From Actinomycetota bacterium (GTDB lineage: Bacteria; Actinomycetota; Acidimicrobiia; Acidimicrobiales; Ilumatobacteraceae): a DNA stretch of 64,000 nt. This document shows positions 18,756-27,589 of the stretch, piece after piece. The position numbers were made by a program, and so were the translations under genes. Position 1 is the stretch's first letter. Every line of letters starts with the position of its first letter. Where the stretch lies: positions 25,792 through 89,791 of the forward strand of contig VGAC01000002.1 in assembly GCA_016870865.1 (NCBI GenBank). Reading direction: 5' to 3'. The notes below the pieces were generated by a model that saw nothing but the letters and a program-made list of their open reading frames with translations, had not been told where the DNA came from and did not search any database.

Positions 18756-19637
18756 ATGTCCACGTCATCGGTCGGATCCATGCGGGTCAGCGCCCGCGGC
18801 ATGGACTTCCACTGCCTGACGATGGGCAGCGGTCCACTCGCCCTCTTGCTGCACGGTTTTCCCGACTCGGCGAGTTCGTGGATCCCGTTGATGCAACGAC
18901 TCGCCGACCGTGGCTGGAGTGCGGTCGCCCCCTACATGCGCGGCTACGCCCCGAGTGCGGTTCCCCCCGACGGGTGCTTCCAGACGGCGGCACTCGCCGC
19001 CGATGCCGTCGCACTCCACGAGGCCCTCGGCGGGGGCGGTGACGCGGTGATCATCGGCCACGACTGGGGGGCACCGGCCGCCTACGGCGCGGCTGTTCTG
19101 GCACCCGAAAGGTGGCGCCGCGTCGTGGGCATGGCCGTGCCACCGGGGCCCGCCGTGGGTGCGGCGCTCGTCGGCAACCTCGAGCAGTTGAAGCGCAGTT
19201 GGTACATGTTCTTCTTTCAGCACCCCCTCTCGGATCTCGTCGTTGGGGCGAACGACCTGGCCTACATCGACATGTTGTGGGCCGACTGGTCGCCCGGGTT
19301 CGACGGCGCGGCGGCGGTCGCCGCCACGAAAGATGCCCTGCGCGACCCGGCCAATCTTGCAGCCGCACTCGGCTACTACCGCGCCACTCTCGGCGTCGGC
19401 AAGAAGGACCCCGCGCTTGCCGACTTGCAGGCGCGCATGGGCTCGGAAGTGCCCACGCAGCCACTGCTCTACCTGCACGGTGCGAACGACGGCTGTATCG
19501 GCCGCGAGGTGGCCGAATTCGCCGCCGGTCTCGCGCCCGCCAACGTCGAGGTTCGCATCGTCGGTGGTGCGGGCCACTTCCTGCAACTCGAACAATCGGA
19601 CACCGTGGCCCAACACGTGCTGGGCTGGATCTCGTGA
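18756..19637 (+). CDS. alpha/beta hydrolase (epoxide hydrolase-like)
   Basis: LALLLHGFPDSASSW (HGFP motif), nucleophile elbow IIGHDWGA and C-terminal GAGHFLQLE. The start is either ATG 18756 or ATG 18780. Confidence 0.85.
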   Translation: MSTSSVGSMRVSARGMDFHCLTMGSGPLALLLHGFPDSASSWIPLMQRLADRGWSAVAPYMRGYAPSAVPPDGCFQTAALAADAVALHEALGGGGDAVIIGHDWGAPAAYGAAVLAPERWRRVVGMAVPPGPAVGAALVGNLEQLKRSWYMFFFQHPLSDLVVGANDLAYIDMLWADWSPGFDGAAAVAATKDALRDPANLAAALGYYRATLGVGKKDPALADLQARMGSEVPTQPLLYLHGANDGCIGREVAEFAAGLAPANVEVRIVGGAGHFLQLEQSDTVAQHVLGWIS

Positions 19638-21070
19638 CAAAGCCCGTGCTCCCCGACGGTCTGGTGGCCGTCGTCAAACGCGAATGCGCAACCTGCGTGA
19701 TGACCGAGCCGGTACTCGCCACCATCGCCGCATCGACGACCCTGAGCGTCTTCACCCAGGACGACGCGGCCTTCCCCGAATCGGTTCCCCATTCCCACGA
19801 TTCGGACCTGTCGATCTCGTGGCACCACGACATCGAGACGGTACCCACCCTCATCCGCGTCGAGAACGGCGTCGAAGTCGACCGCACCGTCGGCTGGAGC
19901 CGCGTTGCATGGCGAGCCATCACCGGTATCGGTGATCTCGGCGAAGAACTCCCCGTCATGCGACCGGGCTGCGGCTCGCTCAGCGTCGACCCCGACCTCG
20001 TCGACAAACTGCGTGCGCGCTTCACCGGTTCGGTTCTCACGGCACGACACATCGACATGGCATCCGCCGAGGACGAGTTCGAGTCGATGTTCAATCGTGG
20101 CTGGACCGACGGCCTACCCGTGATTCCACCCACGGCCGAACGTGTGTTGCGAATGCTCGCCGGCACCACGCGCGCGCCCGACGAGATCGTTGCGGTTGCA
20201 CCACCCGACCTCGTGCCCCTCAGCGTCGAGAAGATCGCCATCAATGCGGTCATGGCCGGCTGTCTGCCCGAGTACATGCCGTGGGTCATCGCCGCGCTCG
20301 AAGCAGTGTGCAACGACAGGTTCAACATGCACGGTGTGCTCGCCACGACGATGCCCGTCGGTCCGGTGATCGTGTGCAACGGCCCCGGCACCAAGCGCAT
20401 CGGTATGAACAGCGGAATAAATGTGTTCGGCCAGGGCAACCGCGCGAACATGACGATCGGACGTGCGGTGCAACTGGCGATTCGCAACGTCGGTGGTGGC
20501 CGACCGGGCGAGGTCGACCGCGCGACGCACGGCAATCCGGGCAAGCTGAGCTTTTGTTTCGCCGAGGACGAGGACGGCTCCCCCTTCGGCTCGCTCGCAT
20601 CCGAGCGCGGAATCCCCCCGGGCACCGATGCCCTCACCGTCTTCGCCGGTGAGGGTCCGCGTTGTGCCGTCGACCAACTCGCTCGAACGCCCGACGAACT
20701 CACGAACTCGTTCGCTGCCTGCCTGCGCAGCGTGATGCACCCGAAGTCGGCGCTGGCCTTCGACGTGTTGCTCGTCGTGAGCCCCGACCACTCACGCATC
20801 TACGCCGAGGCCGGTTGGGCTCGCGGGCGGATCCTGAGGGAGTTGCATGCGCGGCTTGAGATCGAGGCGAACTTGATCCTTCGCGGCGTCGACGGCATGG
20901 CCGAGGGTCTGCCCGATCGCTTCCGTGATCGCACGGTGCCGAAGTTCCGACCCGACGGGATTCTCTTGGCCCACGCCGGCGGCGGTGCGGGACTGTTCTC
21001 GTCGATCATCGCGGGTTGGGCGAACGGTGACATGGGCAGCCAGCCCGTCACCGTCGCGGTGAAGAGTTGA
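19634..21070 (+). CDS. thioredoxin-fold (CxxC) domain fused to an uncharacterised ~330-aa conserved domain
   Basis: GTG at 19634 overlaps the upstream TGA (GTGA). The N-terminal ~110 aa has LVAVVKRECATCV (CxxC) and the cis-Pro loop ETVPTLIRVENG of thioredoxins. The remainder (…NRGWTDGLPVIPPT…INAVMAGC…HGNPGKLSFCFAED…) I cannot assign. The upstream part of track ORF 19112..21070 is out-of-frame overlap. Confidence 0.75.
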   Translation: MTKPVLPDGLVAVVKRECATCVMTEPVLATIAASTTLSVFTQDDAAFPESVPHSHDSDLSISWHHDIETVPTLIRVENGVEVDRTVGWSRVAWRAITGIGDLGEELPVMRPGCGSLSVDPDLVDKLRARFTGSVLTARHIDMASAEDEFESMFNRGWTDGLPVIPPTAERVLRMLAGTTRAPDEIVAVAPPDLVPLSVEKIAINAVMAGCLPEYMPWVIAALEAVCNDRFNMHGVLATTMPVGPVIVCNGPGTKRIGMNSGINVFGQGNRANMTIGRAVQLAIRNVGGGRPGEVDRATHGNPGKLSFCFAEDEDGSPFGSLASERGIPPGTDALTVFAGEGPRCAVDQLARTPDELTNSFAACLRSVMHPKSALAFDVLLVVSPDHSRIYAEAGWARGRILRELHARLEIEANLILRGVDGMAEGLPDRFRDRTVPKFRPDGILLAHAGGGAGLFSSIIAGWANGDMGSQPVTVAVKS

Positions 21071-21082
21071 ATTCGTGACAGG

Positions 21083-21625
21083 ATGGGAAATGTGACGACT
21101 CCACGCCTGACCATCCTCGATCCGACGAGTGAGTCCCGGCCTGCTCGACGTGCGCTGCTGTCACGGCCGTCGTCGGTCGACGGCATGACGATTGGTCTGC
21201 TTGACATTCGCAAACCACGCGGAGATGTGTTCCTCGATCGCATCGAAGAATTGCTGACCGAGCGCGGCGCACGGGTGCTTCGCTACGCGAAGCCAACGTT
21301 CACAAAGCCCGCTCCGGCCGATCTGCGCCACGAGATCGCATCACAGTGCAACCTCGTGATCGAGGCTCTCGCTGATTGAGGCAGCTGCACGTCGTGCAGT
21401 GTGCACGACATCGCGGATCTGGAACTCCGTGGCGTGCCGTCGATGTTCGTCGCCTCGAGTGAGTTCATGACCGCCGCCATCTCGCAGTCCGAGGGGATCG
21501 GCTTCCCCGACGTCGCCCGCGTCTTTGTCGAGCATCCGATCCAGGATCGTACGGACGCGGAGATGGTCGCGATTGCCGAGGCTGCTTTCCCGGGGATCCT
21601 GGCTGCTATCTGCGCTTCGAACTGA
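21083..21625 (+). CDS. UGSC-motif selenoprotein (in-frame TGA at 21377..21379 read as Sec, residue 99 of 180)
   Basis: Track ORFs 21083..21379 and 21401..21625 share one frame. Read-through gives ...CNLVIEALAD-U-GSCTSCSVHDIADLELRG.... A SECIS-like hairpin lies immediately downstream. The gene starts 12 nt after the thioredoxin-fusion gene. Confidence 0.7.
21391..21409 (+). promoter_or_regulatory. candidate bacterial SECIS hairpin
   Basis: GTCGTGCA-GTG-TGCACGAC forms a perfect 8-bp stem (or 7 bp with loop AGUGU). It starts 11 nt after the TGA and has G/U in the loop. An alternative overlapping hairpin is CTGCAC-GTC-GTGCAG (21385..21399). Confidence 0.6.
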
Positions 21626-22475
21626 GCCTGTAACTACCGTCCACGAGCTCGACGAGGCCGTCGGTGACGAGCGAGGCGGCCAGCCGTTGGGCACGAACGA
21701 CGTCGTCCAATCGCATCGCCCCCGCCACCGCGGCAACATCGACGCCACCCTCCGTGAGTCGCTTCATCAATCTTCCGCGCGCCTGACGATCAGAACCCTC
21801 GAACCGAGCCTGGGCTCGGCTCGTGAAGGCCGTGGTACGGGCCGGATCCTGGCCATCACCGCGCCAGGCACAGTGCCCTGCGACGGGACACGATGCGCAG
21901 TCGGGTGTTCGTGCGTCGCACACGGTCGCACCGAAGTCCATGATCACTTGGTTCCAGTCGCGGGCGAGGCCACTCGGCAACATCTCGTCGGCGATCTCTT
22001 GCGTTTCCCGCGGCTTCAAGGCGCGGCCGTGCACCCGTGCGATGACGCGCGCCACGTTCGTGTCGACGACGGCGGCATCGTCACCAAACGCAAAGGCCAG
22101 GACCGCCCGTGCCGTGTACGGGCCGACACCCGGTAACTCCATCAGGGTCGCAAGGTCACGCGGCACGACTCCGTCGTGTCGGTCGACGATCTCGCGTGCC
22201 GAGTCCTGGATGTTGCGACAGCGGCGCGGGTATCCCATCCCCTGCCACTCCACGAGTAGGTCGGCGAGCGGAACCGCGACACACGCTGCAGGCGTCGGGG
22301 CAAGGGCCATGAATCTCTCGAACCGCGGATAAACCCGACCCACGTTGGTCTGTTGCAACATCACCTCCGAGACGAGAATTCGCCATGGATCACGCGTGGC
22401 GCGCCAGGGGAACTCGCGCACGCGGGGCATGCCCCAGGCGAGCAGGTCACTGGTGAAAGGATCTAGACGTCCCAA
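21606..22475 (-). CDS. mutY: A/G-specific adenine DNA glycosylase (HhH-GPD, 4Fe-4S)
   Basis: LLAWG...REFPWR..DPWRILVSEVMLQQT, the HhH segment LPGVGPYTARAV..AFG and Fe-S cluster loop CDARTPDCASCPVAGHC. The start is uncertain: TTG 22475 is favoured, and ATG 22556 would overlap the MaoC gene by 94 nt. Confidence 0.85.
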   Translation of the reverse strand: MGRLDPFTSDLLAWGMPRVREFPWRATRDPWRILVSEVMLQQTNVGRVYPRFERFMALAPTPAACVAVPLADLLVEWQGMGYPRRCRNIQDSAREIVDRHDGVVPRDLATLMELPGVGPYTARAVLAFAFGDDAAVVDTNVARVIARVHGRALKPRETQEIADEMLPSGLARDWNQVIMDFGATVCDARTPDCASCPVAGHCAWRGDGQDPARTTAFTSRAQARFEGSDRQARGRLMKRLTEGGVDVAAVAGAMRLDDVVRAQRLAASLVTDGLVELVDGSYRLSSKRR

Positions 22476-22978
22476 GCGGCGCTGACATCGTACGGGCGCG
22501 TGCGCGCGGGGGCGTTGGCCCGTTTCCACACCATCACCCGGCGACGGAAGTAACACACTTCCTTGCCGTCCTGGTTGAAACCCTTGGTTTCCACCGTCAC
22601 GATGCCGCGATCGGGCTTCGATTTCGACTCGCTGACATCGACCACACGCGTCTCGGCGTGGATCGTGTCACCGTGGAACGTGGGGAACTTGTGCTGCAGC
22701 GTTTCGACTTCGAGGTTGGCGATCGCCGCACCGCTGACATCGGCGACACTCATGCCGAGAACCAGCGAATAGACGAGGTTGCCGACGACTACGTTGCGAC
22801 CCTGCACGCTTTGCCCCGCGAACCAATCGTTTGTGTGCAACGGGTGGTGGTTCATCGTGATCATGCAGAAGAGGTGGTCGTCATACTCGGTGATCGTCTT
22901 GCCCGGCCAGTGGCGGTAGACGTCGCCGATCGTGAAATCCTCGAGGTGGCGCCCAAAGGGACGGTCGTGCTCTGACAT
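22463..22978 (-). CDS. MaoC-family (R)-specific enoyl-CoA hydratase/dehydratase
   Basis: 171 aa single hot-dog domain with DDHLFCMITMNHHPLHTNDWFA (hydratase 2 motif region). Confidence 0.85.
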   Translation of the reverse strand: MSEHDRPFGRHLEDFTIGDVYRHWPGKTITEYDDHLFCMITMNHHPLHTNDWFAGQSVQGRNVVVGNLVYSLVLGMSVADVSGAAIANLEVETLQHKFPTFHGDTIHAETRVVDVSESKSKPDRGIVTVETKGFNQDGKEVCYFRRRVMVWKRANAPARTRPYDVSAAWDV

Positions 22979-22989
22979 GAAACCGAACG

Positions 22990-24174
22990 CTAACCCACGG
23001 GTCCGGTGTCGTCATCATTGACGGGTGGCAGTGGATATTGACCCGTTCGGTCACGCGGGGCGCGCTTTTCGAAGAAGGCGATCTTGCTCTCGCTCTTCGT
23101 CACCGCTTCTTCGGCAACCACGCGCAACGGTTTGAGGCGGTCCCTTCGCTCGAGGGACCACGGCCCGACGCGCAGGCTGAGATAACAGCCCGCGCCGACG
23201 ACGATCGGCAACCAGAACTGCGCAAGTCGGTAGGCGAGGATGCCGACCGTGGCAGTCGACCGCGCGAGACCGAAACCCACGAGCGTCGGGATGTAGATGC
23301 CCTCGATTATTCCCAGACCACCGGGTGTGATCGGCACGACCGCCATCACATTCGCCAGACCGAAAGCGACGATGAGTCCGTCGATTGCAAGGTCTCCCCC
23401 GAAAGCACGCAGGAACACGTAGAGGGCGGCCATGTCGAAGAGCCAGTTCGCCGACGCCCAAAGAACGACCCGGATCAGCAACTGTCGATCGGCGATGAGA
23501 CCCTCGAGACGGTTACCGAGGTGGCGAATCACTTCGCTCACCTGGTCGGCATCGAGACGCACATGGCGGGCCAACCAGCGCACGGCCCGCTCGGCTCGAC
23601 CCTGGCCCTCCACCAAACCAAGGATCAACACCGAGGCAACCAGCATGAGGACGATGCCGACGATCGCCGCAAAGCCGTAGAGGGCGTTCACACCGCGGAA
23701 CGGAATCGAGATGATGAGGCCGAACCAGAGAATGAAGTTCAAAACGACGGCCGAGCCGATACCGGCGGTGGCGAGTGCGAACCCCGCATCAGGGCCGTGC
23801 ACACCCGAGAGGGTGAGCAACCGGTAACCCAGCGCCGAAGATGCGGCACTGCCGGCGGGCATGATGCTGCCGAGTGCTTTCGTGCTGAGCTGAATCCGGA
23901 AAAGCCTCAATACAGGGACCCGCTCGCCCTCGGGCCCGAGCGCGGCTCGTGTGAGTAGCGAGTAGCACACGAGTGCTGCAGCTTCGAGGCCGACGCCGAG
24001 GAGCAACATCGACCGGTTGACCTCGAGCAGGTCGTCGAGCGCGCGGCGGAAACCGGGAATCAGGGGCAGAACGAAGAGATAAACGACCGCCGCGGTGCCG
24101 GCCGTTTTCAGGGTTCTGACCCACACCTTGCGCCGGCTCGACGCCGCGTCGTTGGGCTCGACTTCTCTCGCCAT
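22990..24174 (-). CDS. flippase-like (YbhN/UPF0104, lysyl-PG synthase TM-domain family) membrane protein
   Basis: 394 aa with about 8 TM helices and the pattern ITPGGLGIIEG typical of TIGR00374/UPF0104 proteins. Confidence 0.7.
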   Translation of the reverse strand: MAREVEPNDAASSRRKVWVRTLKTAGTAAVVYLFVLPLIPGFRRALDDLLEVNRSMLLLGVGLEAAALVCYSLLTRAALGPEGERVPVLRLFRIQLSTKALGSIMPAGSAASSALGYRLLTLSGVHGPDAGFALATAGIGSAVVLNFILWFGLIISIPFRGVNALYGFAAIVGIVLMLVASVLILGLVEGQGRAERAVRWLARHVRLDADQVSEVIRHLGNRLEGLIADRQLLIRVVLWASANWLFDMAALYVFLRAFGGDLAIDGLIVAFGLANVMAVVPITPGGLGIIEGIYIPTLVGFGLARSTATVGILAYRLAQFWLPIVVGAGCYLSLRVGPWSLERRDRLKPLRVVAEEAVTKSESKIAFFEKRAPRDRTGQYPLPPVNDDDTGPVG

Positions 24175-24192
24175 GTTCCCACCGTAGGCGAT

Positions 24193-25164
24193 TCAAACGT
24201 TTTGGTGGCGCAGTTCATCGACCACGGCGACGAGATCGGCAACGACGTTCGTCCTGATCTCCGCCGGTGTCTTGCCGAGGCGTACCACGACAAGGTCGTC
24301 TTCGGGGACCACGATCGTGTACTGGCCCTCGTATCCCGTGGCGACGAGCGCGCCGGGCAGGCGCGGCCACGTCCACCAGTGGTGACCGTAACCGTTACCG
24401 GTTTCGGGGTCGGTGGCGATCGGTTTGCGCGCCGCCTCGACCCAACCATACGGAAGAATTTTTTCACCGGTCGGTGAGAGGCCATGCAGGTACAGACGAC
24501 CGAACCGCGCGAAGTCCGCGGCGGTTGCATAGACGTAGGATGACCCGACGAAGTTGCCGGCCGCATCGAACTTTGCGACCGCAGATCTCATGCCGAGCGG
24601 CTCGAACAATCGCCTGGCGATGAAGGTCTTCGTCCGTTCGCGTCGCTCCACCGGACCATCACCACCGATGACATCACCGCAGATCCGACAGATGATGTTG
24701 GTTGTCCCCGACGAATAGACCCAGTGGGTGCCGGGTTCGTGTGTCAAGGGACGCGACGCGGCATAGGCGGCATGGTCGTCTTTGCCCGAGCCGAACAACA
24801 TGTCGATCACGTGCGAGTTTTCACCCTCGACGTAGTTCTCCACCCATTCGAGACCGGGCCGCATTTCCAGCAGGTGACGCAGCGTGATTCGCCTCCGGCC
24901 GTCTCCGGCCCACTCCGGCACGGCTGCCGGTGCATCGAGGTCGAGGCGGCCGTCGTCGACGAGCAAACCGACGAGCGCATGGGTCATGCTCTTGGCCATC
25001 GACCACGAGATGTGTGTCACACCCGGCCCGCACGGGGTGGCGTAGTCCGACCCGTGGAAGGCAAACACCTCCTCCCCTCCGCGCCACGCAACGACCGCAA
25101 ACGTCTCGCCGTGGGTGGCGGTCGGCGGCATGCTCGAGCGGTATGAGTCGATGACTTGGCTCAT
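24193..25164 (-). CDS. serine hydrolase, beta-lactamase/esterase (class C-like) family
   Basis: Internal ATG at 25164 (MSQVIDSY...). SxxK motif SMAKSMT and a later YSSGTTN (YxN-like). The longer track ORF would overlap the divergent gene. Confidence 0.8.
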   Translation of the reverse strand: MSQVIDSYRSSMPPTATHGETFAVVAWRGGEEVFAFHGSDYATPCGPGVTHISWSMAKSMTHALVGLLVDDGRLDLDAPAAVPEWAGDGRRRITLRHLLEMRPGLEWVENYVEGENSHVIDMLFGSGKDDHAAYAASRPLTHEPGTHWVYSSGTTNIICRICGDVIGGDGPVERRERTKTFIARRLFEPLGMRSAVAKFDAAGNFVGSSYVYATAADFARFGRLYLHGLSPTGEKILPYGWVEAARKPIATDPETGNGYGHHWWTWPRLPGALVATGYEGQYTIVVPEDDLVVVRLGKTPAEIRTNVVADLVAVVDELRHQNV

Positions 25165-25219
25165 TTTCTGATCGTACCGATGGGCATCGCAGCGCTGGAC
25201 AGGACTAGCGTTTTGCGTC

Positions 25220-26836
25220 ATGGCCAGCACCGCATCCCTCCCGTCGCCCGACCTGCAGACCGCTGCGACGATCATCGAAACCGCGCGCGCAATGGTCGGC
25301 AAGGCCGTCCGCAAACTCGCCGCCAGCGGCGGTCCCGACGTCGAACAGGTTCTTGCCTACGACATCGCGCACGCGGCCGCCGCGGTTGAGACCGCACGTT
25401 CGATGCTCGACTACGGCGCCAAGGGCGACACCGAGGCGCGTCTCACCTGTGCCTTCACCGCCGACATGGTGCACGACCTCGTCACGCGTCTCGTCGGGCG
25501 CGAGCAACTCTGGGGGGTGAGCGTGGCTGACCTGTCCTTCGGCAACGACTTCGTCTCGGCGTTCCGTCTACCCGACTTCTTGGCGTCCCTCGCCGACAAA
25601 GAGGGCCCGCGCCACCTCGACGACGACTTCGAAATGGTGCAGGACACCTTCCGTTCTTATGCGAACAAGGAGGTCGCGCCACGCGCCGAGCATGTGCACC
25701 GTCACAACGCCGACGTTCCCGAAGAGTTGATCTCGGGTCTCGCCGAGATGGGTGCCTTCGGCCTCTCGATTCCATCGGAGTACGGCGGCTACAGCGAGGG
25801 CGGCGACGGCGAATACATGGGTAACGTCATCGCCACCGAGGAACTCTCGCGTGGTTCGCTCGGCATCGGCGGATCGCTCATCACGCGTCCCGAAATCCTC
25901 GCCCGGGCCCTGATGAAGGGTGGCACCGAAGAACAGAAACACGAATGGCTGCCGAAGCTCGCAACGGCAGAGGTTCTGGCTGCCGTCGCGGTGACCGAAC
26001 CCGACTACGGCAGCGACGTCGCAAACCTCAAGGCCACGGCTACACCCTCCGATCTTGCCGACGGTCGCAAGGGCTGGCGCATCAACGGCGTGAAAACGTG
26101 GTGCACCTTCGGTGCGCGCGCTGACGTATTGATGCTCCTCGCACGCACGAATCCCGATCGCAGCCTCGGCCACAAGGGCCTCAGCCTCTTCATCGTGCCC
26201 AAGGCGCACGGCGATGCGCACGGTTTCGTGTTCAACCAGACCGAGGGCGGCAAGATGGAGGGTCGCCCGATCGACACCATCGGTTACCGGGGTATGCACT
26301 CCTATGAAATCGCGCTCGAGGACTGGTGGGTGCCGGCGGAAAATCTGATCGGTCTCGAGTCGGGTCTTGGCAAGGGCTTCTACCTCCAGATGGCCGGCTT
26401 CGAAAACGGGCGCTTGCAAACCGCCGCGCGCGCCGTTGGTGTCATGCAGGCCGCCTACGAGGCTGCGCTCGATTACTCCAACAACCGTTCGGTCTTCGGC
26501 AAGAACGTCTACGACTACCAACTCACCAAGGCCAAGCTCGGTCGCATGGCCACGATCATCCAAGCCAGCCGTCAGTTCTCCTACGAAGTAGCCAAGTTGA
26601 TGGCCAAGGGCGAGGGCGCGATGGAAGCCAGCATGGTGAAGGCCTACGTCTGCAAGGCCGCCGAGTGGGTTGCCCGCGAGGCCATGCAGATCCACGGCGG
26701 CTACGGCTACGCAGAGGAATACTCGGTCAGCCGCCTCTTCGTGGATGCACGCGTGCTGTCTATCTTCGAGGGTGCCGACGAAACGTTGTGCCTCAAGGTC
26801 ATCGCCCGCCAGCTGGTCGACGCCGCGGGCAAATAG
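25220..26836 (+). CDS. acyl-CoA dehydrogenase with ~130-aa N-terminal extension (methylsuccinyl-CoA dehydrogenase-like)
   Basis: 538 aa. The canonical ACAD core starts near DDDFEMVQDTFRSYANKEV and ends with IHGGYGYAEEYSVSRLFVDARVLSIFEG. The long N-terminal extension is the hallmark I recall for Mcd; the specific substrate is inference. Confidence 0.8.
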   Translation: MASTASLPSPDLQTAATIIETARAMVGKAVRKLAASGGPDVEQVLAYDIAHAAAAVETARSMLDYGAKGDTEARLTCAFTADMVHDLVTRLVGREQLWGVSVADLSFGNDFVSAFRLPDFLASLADKEGPRHLDDDFEMVQDTFRSYANKEVAPRAEHVHRHNADVPEELISGLAEMGAFGLSIPSEYGGYSEGGDGEYMGNVIATEELSRGSLGIGGSLITRPEILARALMKGGTEEQKHEWLPKLATAEVLAAVAVTEPDYGSDVANLKATATPSDLADGRKGWRINGVKTWCTFGARADVLMLLARTNPDRSLGHKGLSLFIVPKAHGDAHGFVFNQTEGGKMEGRPIDTIGYRGMHSYEIALEDWWVPAENLIGLESGLGKGFYLQMAGFENGRLQTAARAVGVMQAAYEAALDYSNNRSVFGKNVYDYQLTKAKLGRMATIIQASRQFSYEVAKLMAKGEGAMEASMVKAYVCKAAEWVAREAMQIHGGYGYAEEYSVSRLFVDARVLSIFEGADETLCLKVIARQLVDAAGK

Positions 26837-26839
26837 ATC

Positions 26840-27529
26840 TCAGAGCGCCGACAACAAGTCACCAAGTGAGCGGATGCGCTCGACGTCGTGTCCCTGGGCG
26901 TCATCGTACGGGTCCACGAGAACAGGATGAAGCCCTGCGGTACGCGCGCCGCCCACGTCCATGACGAGTGAGTCTCCGACATAGGCGATGCGCGAACGCT
27001 CGATCCCCTCGAAGTGGACGAGAGCGTGATCGAAGATCCGCGGATCGGGCTTCTCGACACCGACGACATGGCTGTCGATGACGCAGCGCACGGAAGCAAG
27101 CGGCCCGGGGCCGACCTGACAGATACCGCTGACCTGCAGTGTTGACTCGATCTGGCCACTCGCATTGCTGACGATGCCAACAGCAACACCACGCGTTGTC
27201 AGTTCACGAAGCGCGGCTGCCGAACCCGGAATCGGGTATCGCCACAGCCGCGCATTTCCCTTTACGTGCGTGAGAACTTCGAGCGCGGCTTCCCTGTGTT
27301 CGTCGGGAACGGAGAGGTGGGCAAGATACGTCGCGTTGTAGTGAGTCCAGTCCGACTCGCCCACGCTGACCGCCGACTTCGCGGCCATGCCGGCGTAATG
27401 AGCCCTGACGTAGGTCTCGTGTCGGTCGTCGCCGCCGTAATAGGCGATCAGGGGCGCGAGCACATTTGGGTCTGGCAACACCAGCACGCCACCTGCATCG
27501 AGAAGAACCCCATCGAACCTGGCCGCCAC
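26840..27529 (-). CDS. HAD-superfamily hydrolase
   Basis: 229 aa with motif [11 protein letters not shown], motif II IVSNASG and motifs [19 protein letters not shown]. Confidence 0.75.
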   Translation of the reverse strand: MAARFDGVLLDAGGVLVLPDPNVLAPLIAYYGGDDRHETYVRAHYAGMAAKSAVSVGESDWTHYNATYLAHLSVPDEHREAALEVLTHVKGNARLWRYPIPGSAAALRELTTRGVAVGIVSNASGQIESTLQVSGICQVGPGPLASVRCVIDSHVVGVEKPDPRIFDHALVHFEGIERSRIAYVGDSLVMDVGGARTAGLHPVLVDPYDDAQGHDVERIRSLGDLLSAL

Positions 27530-27589
27530 GTCGTTCAGTCTCGCAGGCGGGTTTCATGGCCCAAACCCCGAAGCCCTACGCTTTGGAGC

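Noticed and set aside
19051-20799. 582-aa minus-strand ORF
   Set aside because: It is antisense to the alpha/beta hydrolase and the thioredoxin-fusion gene. The composition is extremely rich in Arg, Pro and Ser and is low-complexity, so it is a shadow ORF.
21377-21379. TGA as a genuine stop (two separate small genes) or as a pseudogene lesion
   Set aside because: I considered this but disfavour it. The downstream ORF is in the same frame and lacks its own ribosome-binding site. The TGA sits exactly at the first position of a U/CxxCxxC redox motif. A strong hairpin follows at SECIS spacing. It still needs confirmation by finding the Sec machinery.
25568-26695. 375-aa minus-strand ORF
   Set aside because: It is antisense to the acyl-CoA dehydrogenase gene and is a shadow ORF.
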